Shown here piece after piece: positions 54,870 to 64,000 of a DNA stretch of 64,000 bases. The DNA lies in contig CM000429.1 of NCBI GenBank assembly GCA_000165345.1, positions 576,001-640,000 on the forward strand, in the 5' to 3' direction. The translations under genes were made by a program, and so were the position numbers. The notes below the pieces were generated by a model. It was given only the letters and a program-made list of their open reading frames with translations, did not search any database and was not told the DNA's origin. Positions within the stretch are counted from its first letter, which is position 1; each line of letters opens with the position of its first letter.

Positions 54870-57815
54870 ATGGAGGTGAACTCGAGTAATTTGTTAGTTC
54901 CTTTACATAGTATAGGATTTGTGACAGATGAAGTTCCATTTGCATTGGAGAAGCTAGGAGATGAATATTTTATTGTAGTTGCAACAGGTCACTACTATCA
55001 AGTATATGACTTGGACCAACTAAGGATTAAATATATATCTCAGAGGATGGAGAATAGAATAGAGAATTTGGTTACAAAGTATGAGACTGTTTATGTATCT
55101 ATGGGCAATAAAATTGTTGGTTATAATAGGCATGAAAAAACGTTTGAGATTGAACATAACTCAAGAGTAAAAGGAATGCTTGTTCTTGGTGAATTATTGA
55201 TTTCATGGGATAAGGAGACCATAATAGTTTCTGAGATAGATTCTAATAGACTAAAATGTGAAATTCTGGTTGATATGGATGTCTCCGAAGAAATTGTCAC
55301 AATTTTACATCCAGTCACATATTTGAACAAGGTATTAGTAGTTACATCGAAAGGATGTGAACTTTGGAATATTAATACTAAAAAAATGATACATAGATTT
55401 TCTTCAATACAAGTTGTTTTAAATGCTTCCAAAAGTATGAAGAATAAAATTGATAATAACGATAAGCAGAAAATAATTACTGCAGTAGCAAGCTCTCATC
55501 CAGATATAGTTGGGATTGGAACTCAAAATGGGATGGTGTATACACTAGATATTGCAAATGATATTATTTTACTTTCTCTCGAGCATATGCCTGAGCAGAA
55601 AGGGGTGAGAAGTGTAAGCTTTTGCTCTGAAAAGGCCATTTTGATTTCAGGTTGTGAAAATGGAGATATTGTACTATGGGATTTAGAAAATGCACGAGTT
55701 TTAAGTATATTAGACTCTGCTCATGAATCTGAGGTTGTTAAAGTTCAGTTTGTTCCAGGTGTTTTAATGTTTATTACCTCCGGTAAAGATAATGCACTAT
55801 TGGAATTTGTTATTGATAACCAAAATTCTCCACCTAGAGAACTTAGATCTAGGAGAGGGCACTTAAGCTCAATAATTAAAACACAGTTCTATAATGCTCT
55901 TCCAGAAAAAAGTAGAGACTTACTTTGTATTAGTAACTTTAGGAATTGTGGTTATCTTGGAAAAACATCTACAATACAACAACATCAAAATCGCATTTTT
56001 TCGCAAAACTCTCTTAAAAAGAAGTTTAATGAAAAGTATCAATTCCCCTTTAGCAGGTTACCACCTATAATAGATTTCTCATTTGCAGAATCTAGGCATT
56101 TTGACTGGCCAAATATAGTAACTATTCATCAAGGAATGCATGAAGTATTTGTTTGGAGTGGGCATAACTTTGCATTAACTCCAAATTTAATAACATTAGA
56201 GAACGTCCAAAGGCTTGACAAAAATAAGCAATCTAAGAGTAATCAATCCCAAAATTTTGTATCGCATGGTCTAACAGTTAAAAGAAAATCTCTACCTTTA
56301 GCAAAAGCCATCTCAGTTTCAGGTTGTGGAAACTATGTAGTTGTTGGATACTCTGATGGATCCATACATAGATTTAATCTACAATCATGTATTCATTCTG
56401 GGCAATTAATTCTTCCTGATAATTCTGAAATTAATCAACCAACTATGGAAATTCTTTCAATACATATTTCACACTCCACAATGGTTCTTTGCATTATAAG
56501 AGATTTGGATAATTACTACTTATCAACATGGTCGGTTAAGCCTATTAAATATTTAAATACCAAGATTATCCTAAGTAGAGCTTCTGTTCTATCAAATATA
56601 GAGACTCAAGAAGTGTTTATTTCCAAGCTGTTTGGATATTTATTAGCTTTAGGATTATCCGATGGCAGGGTTATTCTTTATGACTTCCAATCACAAGTAA
56701 TTTCTAGAGAATTCCAATGTGGTCATCATCATATTTTAGATATTACAATGTCTTCAGACAATAGGTGGATTGCAGTTTCAACAAAAAATAGTGAACTTTT
56801 TATATTTGATATAATTTCTTCAAACCTTTTGGATTGGGTCAAATTCAAATCTCCAGCTATTTGCTGTGTATTTGATCATTCAGATGCATTTCTAATAACA
56901 TCTCATGATCAATCAAAGGGATTACTTTCTGTTTGGGCAAATAAACATGCCTTAAGCATTTCAGTTGGAATTGAAGGTTTATCAAATCCTCCATCTGAAC
57001 CTTATTATATAGATGATCCTCCTAATAGAGTACTTTACTTTGAAGATTCAGACCAAACTTTAAAGAATGATAAAGATTCTACAAAGGCATCAGAATCTAG
57101 TGACAATACAAATTTGTCTGACTTTGATCTTCCTGAAAATGGAGACTATGATCCTTCCTTAATAGACAGAAAACTAATGTCATTTTCTGGAATTCCATTT
57201 TCAACTCTTCAAGCAATCTTATTTATTGATGAAATTAAAGAAAGAAACAAACCAATTGAACCACCAAAGAAACCAGAGAGTGCTCCATTTTTTCTACCAA
57301 ATACTACAGAATTCTCATCTACAATTCATAAACCCTCGAAAGAAAGCGATAATGAGGAAATAATCTCAAAAGATTTGGCAGAATCTAAAGATCCAAGTTC
57401 ATCACTTAAGACTGAGCTCCAAGAACTTTTAGAAAAAACTTCCTTGGATGATTCAGACTCTTTTTTAAGTATTACTAAGCTTTTAAAATCCAAATCTCCT
57501 TCTGGTGTAAATCTTCTTTTGAGACAATTAGGGCCTCTCAGTGGAGGATCTTTCCAAGAAATTGCTCAAATGATACATTACTTTAATATATCTATATCAA
57601 AAAGAACAGATTCTGAGTTGATTCAAACATACCTAAATATCTTTCTTAAAATTCATTCCACAACAATACTGGAAAATGAATCGGAATTTAAAGATTTTCA
57701 AGATATTATTCTTAAGCTTAATAACCTTGTAAAGAGTGACTGGGACTCTCTCCAAGACAGGCTTCATAATATCTCATGTTTTCTAAAGTTTGTTACAAAT
57801 ATTCAAATGGATTAA
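54870..57815 (+). CDS. UTP21: U3 snoRNP protein UTP21/WDR36 (WD40 repeats plus C-terminal Utp21 domain)
   Basis: The N-terminus aligns with yeast Utp21 (PFA.G..G..FYIV..G...QIYD); RELRSRRGH; EPPKKPESAPFFLP (Utp21 EAPKKSEKLPFFLQ). Confidence 0.8.
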   Translation: MEVNSSNLLVPLHSIGFVTDEVPFALEKLGDEYFIVVATGHYYQVYDLDQLRIKYISQRMENRIENLVTKYETVYVSMGNKIVGYNRHEKTFEIEHNSRVKGMLVLGELLISWDKETIIVSEIDSNRLKCEILVDMDVSEEIVTILHPVTYLNKVLVVTSKGCELWNINTKKMIHRFSSIQVVLNASKSMKNKIDNNDKQKIITAVASSHPDIVGIGTQNGMVYTLDIANDIILLSLEHMPEQKGVRSVSFCSEKAILISGCENGDIVLWDLENARVLSILDSAHESEVVKVQFVPGVLMFITSGKDNALLEFVIDNQNSPPRELRSRRGHLSSIIKTQFYNALPEKSRDLLCISNFRNCGYLGKTSTIQQHQNRIFSQNSLKKKFNEKYQFPFSRLPPIIDFSFAESRHFDWPNIVTIHQGMHEVFVWSGHNFALTPNLITLENVQRLDKNKQSKSNQSQNFVSHGLTVKRKSLPLAKAISVSGCGNYVVVGYSDGSIHRFNLQSCIHSGQLILPDNSEINQPTMEILSIHISHSTMVLCIIRDLDNYYLSTWSVKPIKYLNTKIILSRASVLSNIETQEVFISKLFGYLLALGLSDGRVILYDFQSQVISREFQCGHHHILDITMSSDNRWIAVSTKNSELFIFDIISSNLLDWVKFKSPAICCVFDHSDAFLITSHDQSKGLLSVWANKHALSISVGIEGLSNPPSEPYYIDDPPNRVLYFEDSDQTLKNDKDSTKASESSDNTNLSDFDLPENGDYDPSLIDRKLMSFSGIPFSTLQAILFIDEIKERNKPIEPPKKPESAPFFLPNTTEFSSTIHKPSKESDNEEIISKDLAESKDPSSSLKTELQELLEKTSLDDSDSFLSITKLLKSKSPSGVNLLLRQLGPLSGGSFQEIAQMIHYFNISISKRTDSELIQTYLNIFLKIHSTTILENESEFKDFQDIILKLNNLVKSDWDSLQDRLHNISCFLKFVTNIQMD

Positions 57816-57987
57816 GATACTTTATTATGATTTAATTTCATTGATTTCACTCATTTCACTTTCAAAAATTTTAATAGTTTGTTTAAACTCTTCAAAACCT
57901 TATAACTTACTTATTTTCTTTCAATATTTTTGTTAATATTTTTTTATTATTTTTTTTCAATTTCTACTTGTGCAATTCATTTTTAGA

Positions 57988-58009
57988 TTAATGGTACCGG
58001 TACCATTAA
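57988..58009. repeat. Perfect 22-bp palindrome TTAATGGTACCGGTACCATTAA, with a second partial copy (CGGTACCGGCATTAATGG, 58019..58036) 9 bp downstream
   Basis: The sequence is its own reverse complement; GGTACCGG core plus ATTAATGG arms repeated; lies about 140 bp upstream of the 58151 ATG. Confidence 0.8.
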
Positions 58010-58150
58010 AAATTATAACGGTACCGGCATTAATGGAAAAAATGTCAATAAGATCAAAATTGAAAATTTAATAAATAATTAATAAATAATTACAATGATT
58101 AATTTTTAAAGTTATTTTATTTTGATAATTTCAGTTATAACAATATTAAA

Positions 58151-59923
58151 ATGAGTGATAGAAACATTGAACAATTATTAGAAGTAATTAATGGTAATAG
58201 TACTCACCAAAGTAATTTGGAGAAACTAATAACTAATTCTATACCAGAATTAGAGTCAAATTTTGAGATTCTTGAATTAGAAAAAAAGCTAATTATCACT
58301 AAGTTTTCATTGGGCCTAATGGAATTTAAGTCAGATTCAAAAACTTTTCATCAAGCAAGAATGTCTTTATTGGCCTTAATTTTGGAAAAGCAAGAAATTA
58401 AGGAAATACTTGAATTTAACTTTAATGGCTTTAATCCTTCAGTCCATATTTTGCACTCTGTGGAAATAGCTTCTTTGGAAATTAGATTATTTTTGGAATC
58501 TAAGCTTGTAGAGTTGGAAGACTTTAAATTTAGCCTTGATGAATCAAAGGATAAAAAACAAGTACAAGACGATGAGGAAATTGATCTTTTAACAAGTAGC
58601 TTTCGAATATTAGATTCTCTTCTTACTCAGCTAAACAAAGATGAAAATTTGGATTTTTTGGAATTTTCTGAGAAGATTACAGGAGTTCAGGTAGTTGAGT
58701 TATTAGATTCATTAAAGGGCACTGCAAAACATTGTATTGAATTTATATTGGATATTGAAGGAATCATTCGAGATGAATATGAAATGGATCTTAATAAGGG
58801 AGTATTAGAACTTAAAGGTAATACTAACTCTAAAACATCAAGTTTGTATTGGATTATTTATTATTCTTGCTCAATATCATCTAAATGGCAAATTAACGAG
58901 CCTGATCAAGACCTTGATAAGTATATTAAATTGCTAGAAATTGCATCCAGGTATTTGAATCCTCTCCATTTTGCATCTGTATTCCCCACACTCATCCATA
59001 TTTCTGTAATAGACTGGGCAAATATTCCTGGTATATTAGAAACTGTATTAACATCAATGCTTTCATTCTCTACTTTAATTAAACAAGAAAATAAGAAAGA
59101 AGGGATTTATAGTGGATTATATTATGCAGCACTCCTAATCACATCTGCCTGGTGGTCTCCAGGAATAGATACATATAGAATAGCAGCTTCAAAAATGAAA
59201 GATGGTTCAAGATCTCTTGAATATATTTCAAGAAATTATTTAAATCTGGATCACTTAGATAAGATACAGGATAGTAAAGTCTCTTTATCAAAACTTAGAG
59301 TAGAAGAAGAGAAGAAATCTGGGACAAAAATGCCAGAATTCGTACCTTTAGATACAAATGCAATTCCCGAATACTCATTTGAGGATAATCCTGGAGTGGA
59401 TAGAGTTAGAAGGATCTCGCTCATTATTTTTGGACTAATTAAAGAGATTTATCAAGAAGATATTAATCAATTTCAAGGAGACCAGATTAATAAAGTCTTG
59501 TTTATTAGACATTTAGATGACCCAAATTCACAAAATTTCGAGAAATTCTCAGCTTTTATTCAGACCCTTATTTGCATTTTAACATTATTAACTTGTAGAA
59601 TCCAAAACTCTTATGTACCATCAGAACTTTGGAATATTATATTTAAACTAATAATTGTATTGACTCCAAAATCTAGTAAAGGGTATTATTACGATTCCCC
59701 TAGAAAAATCACATTTTTTATTTCATTACTTAGAACTACAGCTATAGCATTTTCGAGTGGATATTCTGATCAAGCCAAGCAATTTGATAAATTACTCGAG
59801 GATCTAAAAATTGAAACAACATATAATATTCCAAAGCTAATAATAAGAGACGATTGTGAGGAATTCTCTGAGCAAGATGAAGAATCAATCAAATTCTTCC
59901 GTAATTTATTAGATATTAGTTAG
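58151..59923 (+). CDS. Hypothetical 590-aa helical protein
   Basis: Clean ATG ORF with no domain I can identify. Confidence 0.45.
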   Translation: MSDRNIEQLLEVINGNSTHQSNLEKLITNSIPELESNFEILELEKKLIITKFSLGLMEFKSDSKTFHQARMSLLALILEKQEIKEILEFNFNGFNPSVHILHSVEIASLEIRLFLESKLVELEDFKFSLDESKDKKQVQDDEEIDLLTSSFRILDSLLTQLNKDENLDFLEFSEKITGVQVVELLDSLKGTAKHCIEFILDIEGIIRDEYEMDLNKGVLELKGNTNSKTSSLYWIIYYSCSISSKWQINEPDQDLDKYIKLLEIASRYLNPLHFASVFPTLIHISVIDWANIPGILETVLTSMLSFSTLIKQENKKEGIYSGLYYAALLITSAWWSPGIDTYRIAASKMKDGSRSLEYISRNYLNLDHLDKIQDSKVSLSKLRVEEEKKSGTKMPEFVPLDTNAIPEYSFEDNPGVDRVRRISLIIFGLIKEIYQEDINQFQGDQINKVLFIRHLDDPNSQNFEKFSAFIQTLICILTLLTCRIQNSYVPSELWNIIFKLIIVLTPKSSKGYYYDSPRKITFFISLLRTTAIAFSSGYSDQAKQFDKLLEDLKIETTYNIPKLIIRDDCEEFSEQDEESIKFFRNLLDIS

Positions 59924-60009
59924 AAAAGTTCTATAGTAGGCAATATTTGTTATAAACAAAATGATATAATTAATTATAATCTGTCACAACTGCTTTATTG
60001 AATATAAAT

Positions 60010-60429
60010 CTATTTATTACCATGAATATTTGGAGGTAAAGGAGGGACTCCTGGAGGTGGAATGGGTAGGCCTCCAATTGAAGGATTAATTAGTGGGAAT
60101 TGCCCAGGAGGTATCATAGGAGGAGGAATTAAAGGCGGACCTCTAGCTATAGTCTGAATATTTCCTGCAAAAGTAGGTTCAACAGGCTTAGTTGATTGAT
60201 TCTTTGGGGGTGCCTCTGCAACGAAAGTCACAATATTTTCCCCTCTAAGCATTATTAATCCGAGAGATCTCTTTAGCTCTTTTGACTCTTCTCCTTTCTT
60301 TACACGTCTATATTCTTGGCAATCAGATAAGACCAAATTCATATGTCTATCAAATGCCATAAGATTCCCAACCATAACTCTGTCATCTTGAACAGTTACT
60401 CTTATTCTATAATTTATATATTTTTGCAT
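60010..60429 (-). CDS. SNRPB: Small nuclear ribonucleoprotein-associated protein B (SmB)
   Basis: YRIRVTVQDDRVMVGNLMAFDRHMNLVLSDCQEYR...LGLIMLRGENIV Sm fold plus a Pro-rich PPGMIPPG tail. Confidence 0.8.
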   Translation of the reverse strand: MQKYINYRIRVTVQDDRVMVGNLMAFDRHMNLVLSDCQEYRRVKKGEESKELKRSLGLIMLRGENIVTFVAEAPPKNQSTKPVEPTFAGNIQTIARGPPLIPPPMIPPGQFPLINPSIGGLPIPPPGVPPLPPNIHGNK

Positions 60430-60772
60430 ATTTTCACCTTTTCTTTACAAGTTAGAAATTTTATTATTTTATTTGATCATAAGCCGTTTCCCGCCAAAAG
60501 TACCGAATTATTTAAGCTTTAAATATTGGAAAACTATTATTCAAATAAGGACGAGCTTTTACTGAGATCAAATGATATTTAAAAAAAAGTTTGATTTCCT
60601 AATTAGATTTCCTAAGTAGTTTTGCTGAAGTAATTGGTAGATTGTTCCTTATTTTATTCTTTTGTTTTTTTTTCTTATTAGTTAAAGATTAAAGATAATA
60701 ATATTTTGATGAGATAAATGTTATATATAATTAAAATATTCCTGAAAAATAAGGTAAAAGGCTATAAACTGT

Positions 60773-61435
60773 TCACTTACGATAAACATAGTGAATAAAT
60801 AAATAAATAGTAATAAAAATCAGTGATGTAAGGAGAATGCATCCATAAACTAGAATCTGGTCAACTAGGTTTCGTCTCTCGATATTTGAAAGCAAGGAAT
60901 GGCTGATTCCTAATCGACTGGCCATATCTAGGGCTTTTTTCCTTACAGATTTAAGCATTCTATTTTGGTTTTTTAGATTAAAAACAATACTTCTTGCTTG
61001 CTCTAGTGCATGATCAATAGCAATATGGCTCTCTTGCCAAATAGCTTTTTCACGTATTAGGGCTCCGACCCCACTATTCTTTTCTGGAGAAGAATATGAT
61101 AATTTCTTCTGCTCTTCAATCTGACTTTTGTGAATATGGTCTAACTGCTTTGAAATAGATTCTCTTAAAGAATTGGAATCAGATACTAAATTATCAATTC
61201 TTCGATCCCAAATCTTTTCTTGAGAGCGGTCAATAGATTTGGAGGATTTTAGTTTATCAAGAACTTGTTTTAATTCTGTTACTTGCCTGCAAAAATCATT
61301 AAGGATAGCTGATAACCTTTGTTGTAAAGCAATTGAACGATCCAACCCCAACTCAAACTGCTCTAGCAGCCTTTCTGCCTCATTTTTAGACTTTGTTGCC
61401 TTTGGATACAAAGCAGAGAGTGTTTCTAAACTCAT
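60773..61435 (-). CDS. Qb-SNARE membrin/Bos1 (GOSR2-like)
   Basis: C-terminal KKALDMASRLGISHSLLSNIERRNLVDQILVYGCILLTSLIF parallels GOSR2's [41 protein letters not shown]; C-terminal TM anchor. Confidence 0.7.
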   Translation of the reverse strand: MSLETLSALYPKATKSKNEAERLLEQFELGLDRSIALQQRLSAILNDFCRQVTELKQVLDKLKSSKSIDRSQEKIWDRRIDNLVSDSNSLRESISKQLDHIHKSQIEEQKKLSYSSPEKNSGVGALIREKAIWQESHIAIDHALEQARSIVFNLKNQNRMLKSVRKKALDMASRLGISHSLLSNIERRNLVDQILVYGCILLTSLIFITIYLFIHYVYRK

Positions 61436-61498
61436 TTAATTTTAAACTCTCTGATTTGTTTCTTATTCTTCGGATATATTTACTTTATTTTATAAAAA

Positions 61499-61506
61499 CT
61501 TGGCGC
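61499..61506. promoter_or_regulatory. E2F-like site TTGGCGCC, 64 bp upstream of the membrin gene
   Basis: As above. Confidence 0.4.
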
Positions 61507-61618
61507 CACTCTGTCATATTTTATTTAGTCTTTAATTATTACATGGATAATAATATTTTCACTTGGAAAATACAAGCAGAAAAAAAAATGTAATAAAGAA
61601 ATGCTTGATTTTATTAGT

Positions 61619-63679
61619 TTAAAAAGCTTCTTCCTTTTCAAATACATACTCATCAGAGTCTATTTCATCTTTTTCTGCTTGAACCTTTATATTTGACCCT
61701 TGTTCCATTCTATTTATAAACCACTTACAAAAAATGGAATTTAGTCGTTCTCTGAGTTTTTCTTCATCATTTCCCTCTAAAAAAGGATTAGAAAGATATA
61801 TTTTTAATTGTGTGATTTACCACACAAAACCTACCTAGTAAATCTGACAAATTTGTTGAATTCTCAGGATCGCATCTAGAAAGTATTTCAAATAGGCCAT
61901 TTTTAAATACTATGGAATCCGATCTCATCACCATAGATGCTAAGTTCTTGGAAATGATTGGGGAATATTTTTCTACCGAGCTTTTATAGTTAAATTCTTT
62001 GATATTAACAAGTTCCATTGGAAACTTAACTTGACAACCTTTCATTAAACTTTTTAACGATTGTTGAATAATTGTAGAAAGCCCAACATTGCTTTTCAGA
62101 CTACTCTTTCCCAAAGTACCATACTGAATTCCATGGCCTTTAACATTAATAAATAGAACTCTAATACTAAATTCAACCGTTGGAATTACCATTATTGGAA
62201 GTAAGAATTCACTCTAAAATTATTATAATTTAGATATTGTATTTTAATATATCGCTATTAAAATAGCTAACTTACCCCAGAAAATACTGAAAGTTTCTCA
62301 TGATTATTTTCTAATATTTCATCTTTTTTTGCCAATTTCATTCCAAAGATATTTCCTTTCTTTCTGATGAAGCTTTTAACTGATGTTACAATATCACAAT
62401 ATTCTGTATCTTTACAAATAATTGGCATTCCATTCGAAAAACGGTAAACGTAAAGATAGCCTGTCTTTAGAGAAGTTGTTTGAGATGTATTGGATATATT
62501 TAAGTTTGATTGGTTTTCTTTATCAACATTTTGATATTCAATATCATCTACTTGGTTTTCTTTTTTCACATGAAATTCTCTTAAAAAACCGAAAACTGAA
62601 TCAATCTTATATTTAGATCCTTTATTACTTGAATACCGAATAAAATTATCTTCAAAAATATCGAAAAATGATAAATTGATATTTCCTTTTATCAAATCAG
62701 AAGCATCCATTTTCATATTTGTTTCAAAGTTTAAGAAAATATGGCTATTCCAAAATTTAGAAAGTACCAAATAACTTTGAATCTTCTTAAGGCATGATTT
62801 TGCATAAAGTTCCATAGAAAAGTACTTCTCTTGTAAGTATTCTAGTCCTAAGCTCATTTTCATAGACACTGAGAATTCAGTTATCCAATCCCAATTGGTA
62901 TAATCAAAACTCTCACTATTCCCTACATAAAAAGATCCATCATTCAGGTTACAAAGCAGAGTAAACTCCCAAATCTTGTTTCCCATTCTCATCTTAACTT
63001 TAACGTTTCCTTCTCCATGTTGTGTAGCATAAAGTAATATCATTTTAAGGCCTACCCCAAATTGTCCTGTATAATAAGAATCTCTTTTATTTATTTTCTT
63101 ACTAAAAGATGAATCAGAATTAAAAATTTAATCAATCACTTTAAATACAATTAATATTTAAACTCACTTTGTTCCAAAAAGAGTTCCCAATAGGTCAATG
63201 GATTCTAAAGGTATTCCGCATCCTGTATCTCTTACAATGATGTTTATTCTTGCCTTAAAGTTCAAACCAATTTTAATAAAAAATCAAATTTATTAATACT
63301 AGTCCTGTATTTTACTTACCTGATCATCCAATTCTAAATTCTCAAAATTCACAGAGATTTCTATTTTTTTTGGAAAATCATGCCACTCTGCTTTTGCCTT
63401 ATTATTACATGCATCTATAGAGTTATCAAAAAGTTCCTAAATAAAAAAAATCAATCCAAATTAAACTAAAAGCTACATTGCAAATTAAATCTTATTTAAC
63501 TTACCTTGAAAGCCATAAAAGGAGCATTTTCTGAGTCAAATCCAGTAATCCCAATGTCTATAGAATCATAGAAAAGTTAGTTATTACTTGTAAATCCACT
63601 CAAAGAAATATATATTTCACAAAAGAATCACAAAAAACTTACTTTCTGAAAAGAAATTAATTGCTGAAATATTGGACAT
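61619..63679 (-). CDS. DNA topoisomerase VI subunit B-like GHKL ATPase, 7 exons: complement(join(61619..61776,61835..62213,62276..63101,63168..63253,63320..63436,63505..63557,63643..63679))
   Basis: Bergerat-fold motifs are spread over exons 3-5: ELFDNSIDAC (N-box), IIVRDTGCGIP (G1), LLGTLFGT.K, GQFGVGLKMILLYATQH (close to Topo VI-B GLGVKAAVLYSQMH). All six introns are 56-85 nt with GT(A/G)AGT donors and AG acceptors in phase; the exon 6/7 join (GTAGGT donor) is less certain. Confidence 0.6.
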
Positions 63680-63783
63680 TTTAGAAAAATATCTTTTTAG
63701 ATTGATGCAAATTATTTCTCTGATTCCACTTTTAATTAATATTTTTTCACACATTGGCTGTCAATTATGACTGTGGGGGCCCG

Positions 63784-63791
63784 TTGGCGCC
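63784..63791. promoter_or_regulatory. E2F-like site TTGGCGCC, about 105 bp upstream of the Topo VI-B-like gene
   Basis: As above. Confidence 0.4.
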
Positions 63792-64000
63792 GAATGGAGT
63801 TATAATTATTTCCTAAATTCCTAATACTTTGAAAAATAAAATAAAATAAAACAGAGAAAACTTCTGAATAATAATTAATATTGCATTTCTATTATACTTT
63901 GAAATATTGAAATAATGAGATACTCACAAGTATACTCCAAACTTTTATATGATAAGATTCTCAAATTGAATCAAATATATTTGAACATAATTAAAAGTGG

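Noticed and set aside
7078-60429. Apparent clustering of splicing genes (Prp2, SmF, PUF60-like, SmB) as a functional cluster
   Set aside because: They are interspersed with unrelated genes over 53 kb on both strands. This is most likely coincidence in a gene-dense genome, not a co-regulated cluster.
1-64000. Reading the locus as prokaryotic (operons, CRISPR, defence islands, mobile elements)
   Set aside because: The encoded proteins are exclusively eukaryotic (snRNP Sm proteins, Mediator, APC11, DDB1, RNA Pol I/II subunits, SNAREs, UFM1, EMC7). Spliceosomal introns with GTAAGT donors are present. There are no direct-repeat arrays, IS/transposase ORFs, integrases or rRNA.

Overview
This 64-kb window looks like compact, AT-rich (roughly 30% GC) eukaryotic nuclear DNA, not a prokaryotic locus. 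The protein set (Prp2, SmB/SmF, MED7, DDB1, APC11, UFM1, EMC7, syntaxin-5) and the recurring E2F-like GGCGCC promoter motif suggest an apicomplexan, Cryptosporidium-like genome, but that assignment is an inference. I can support 33 protein-coding genes and one tRNA-Val(CAC). Most genes are single-exon, separated by only about 0.1-0.9 kb, and often arranged divergently or convergently. At least nine genes carry short (43-95 nt) GT(A/G)(A/G)GT...AG introns that the six-frame ORF track misses. These are PDK1-like kinase, a 3-exon hypothetical at 10485, Bud23, SmF (with a 9-nt first exon), EMC7-like, UFM1, TRM13, COQ5 and a 7-exon topoisomerase VI-B-like gene. The ORF track uses alternative start codons (TTG/GTG rendered as M), so I re-set several 5' ends to the first in-frame ATG. 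I saw no CRISPR arrays, transposons or rRNA. The most unusual region is a 2.3-kb stretch with no protein-coding potential (52546-54869) that ends in a GC-richer island. Other points worth follow-up are a perfect 22-bp palindrome upstream of the gene at 58151 and a secreted protein with MRH domains plus an HspQ/YccV-like domain.
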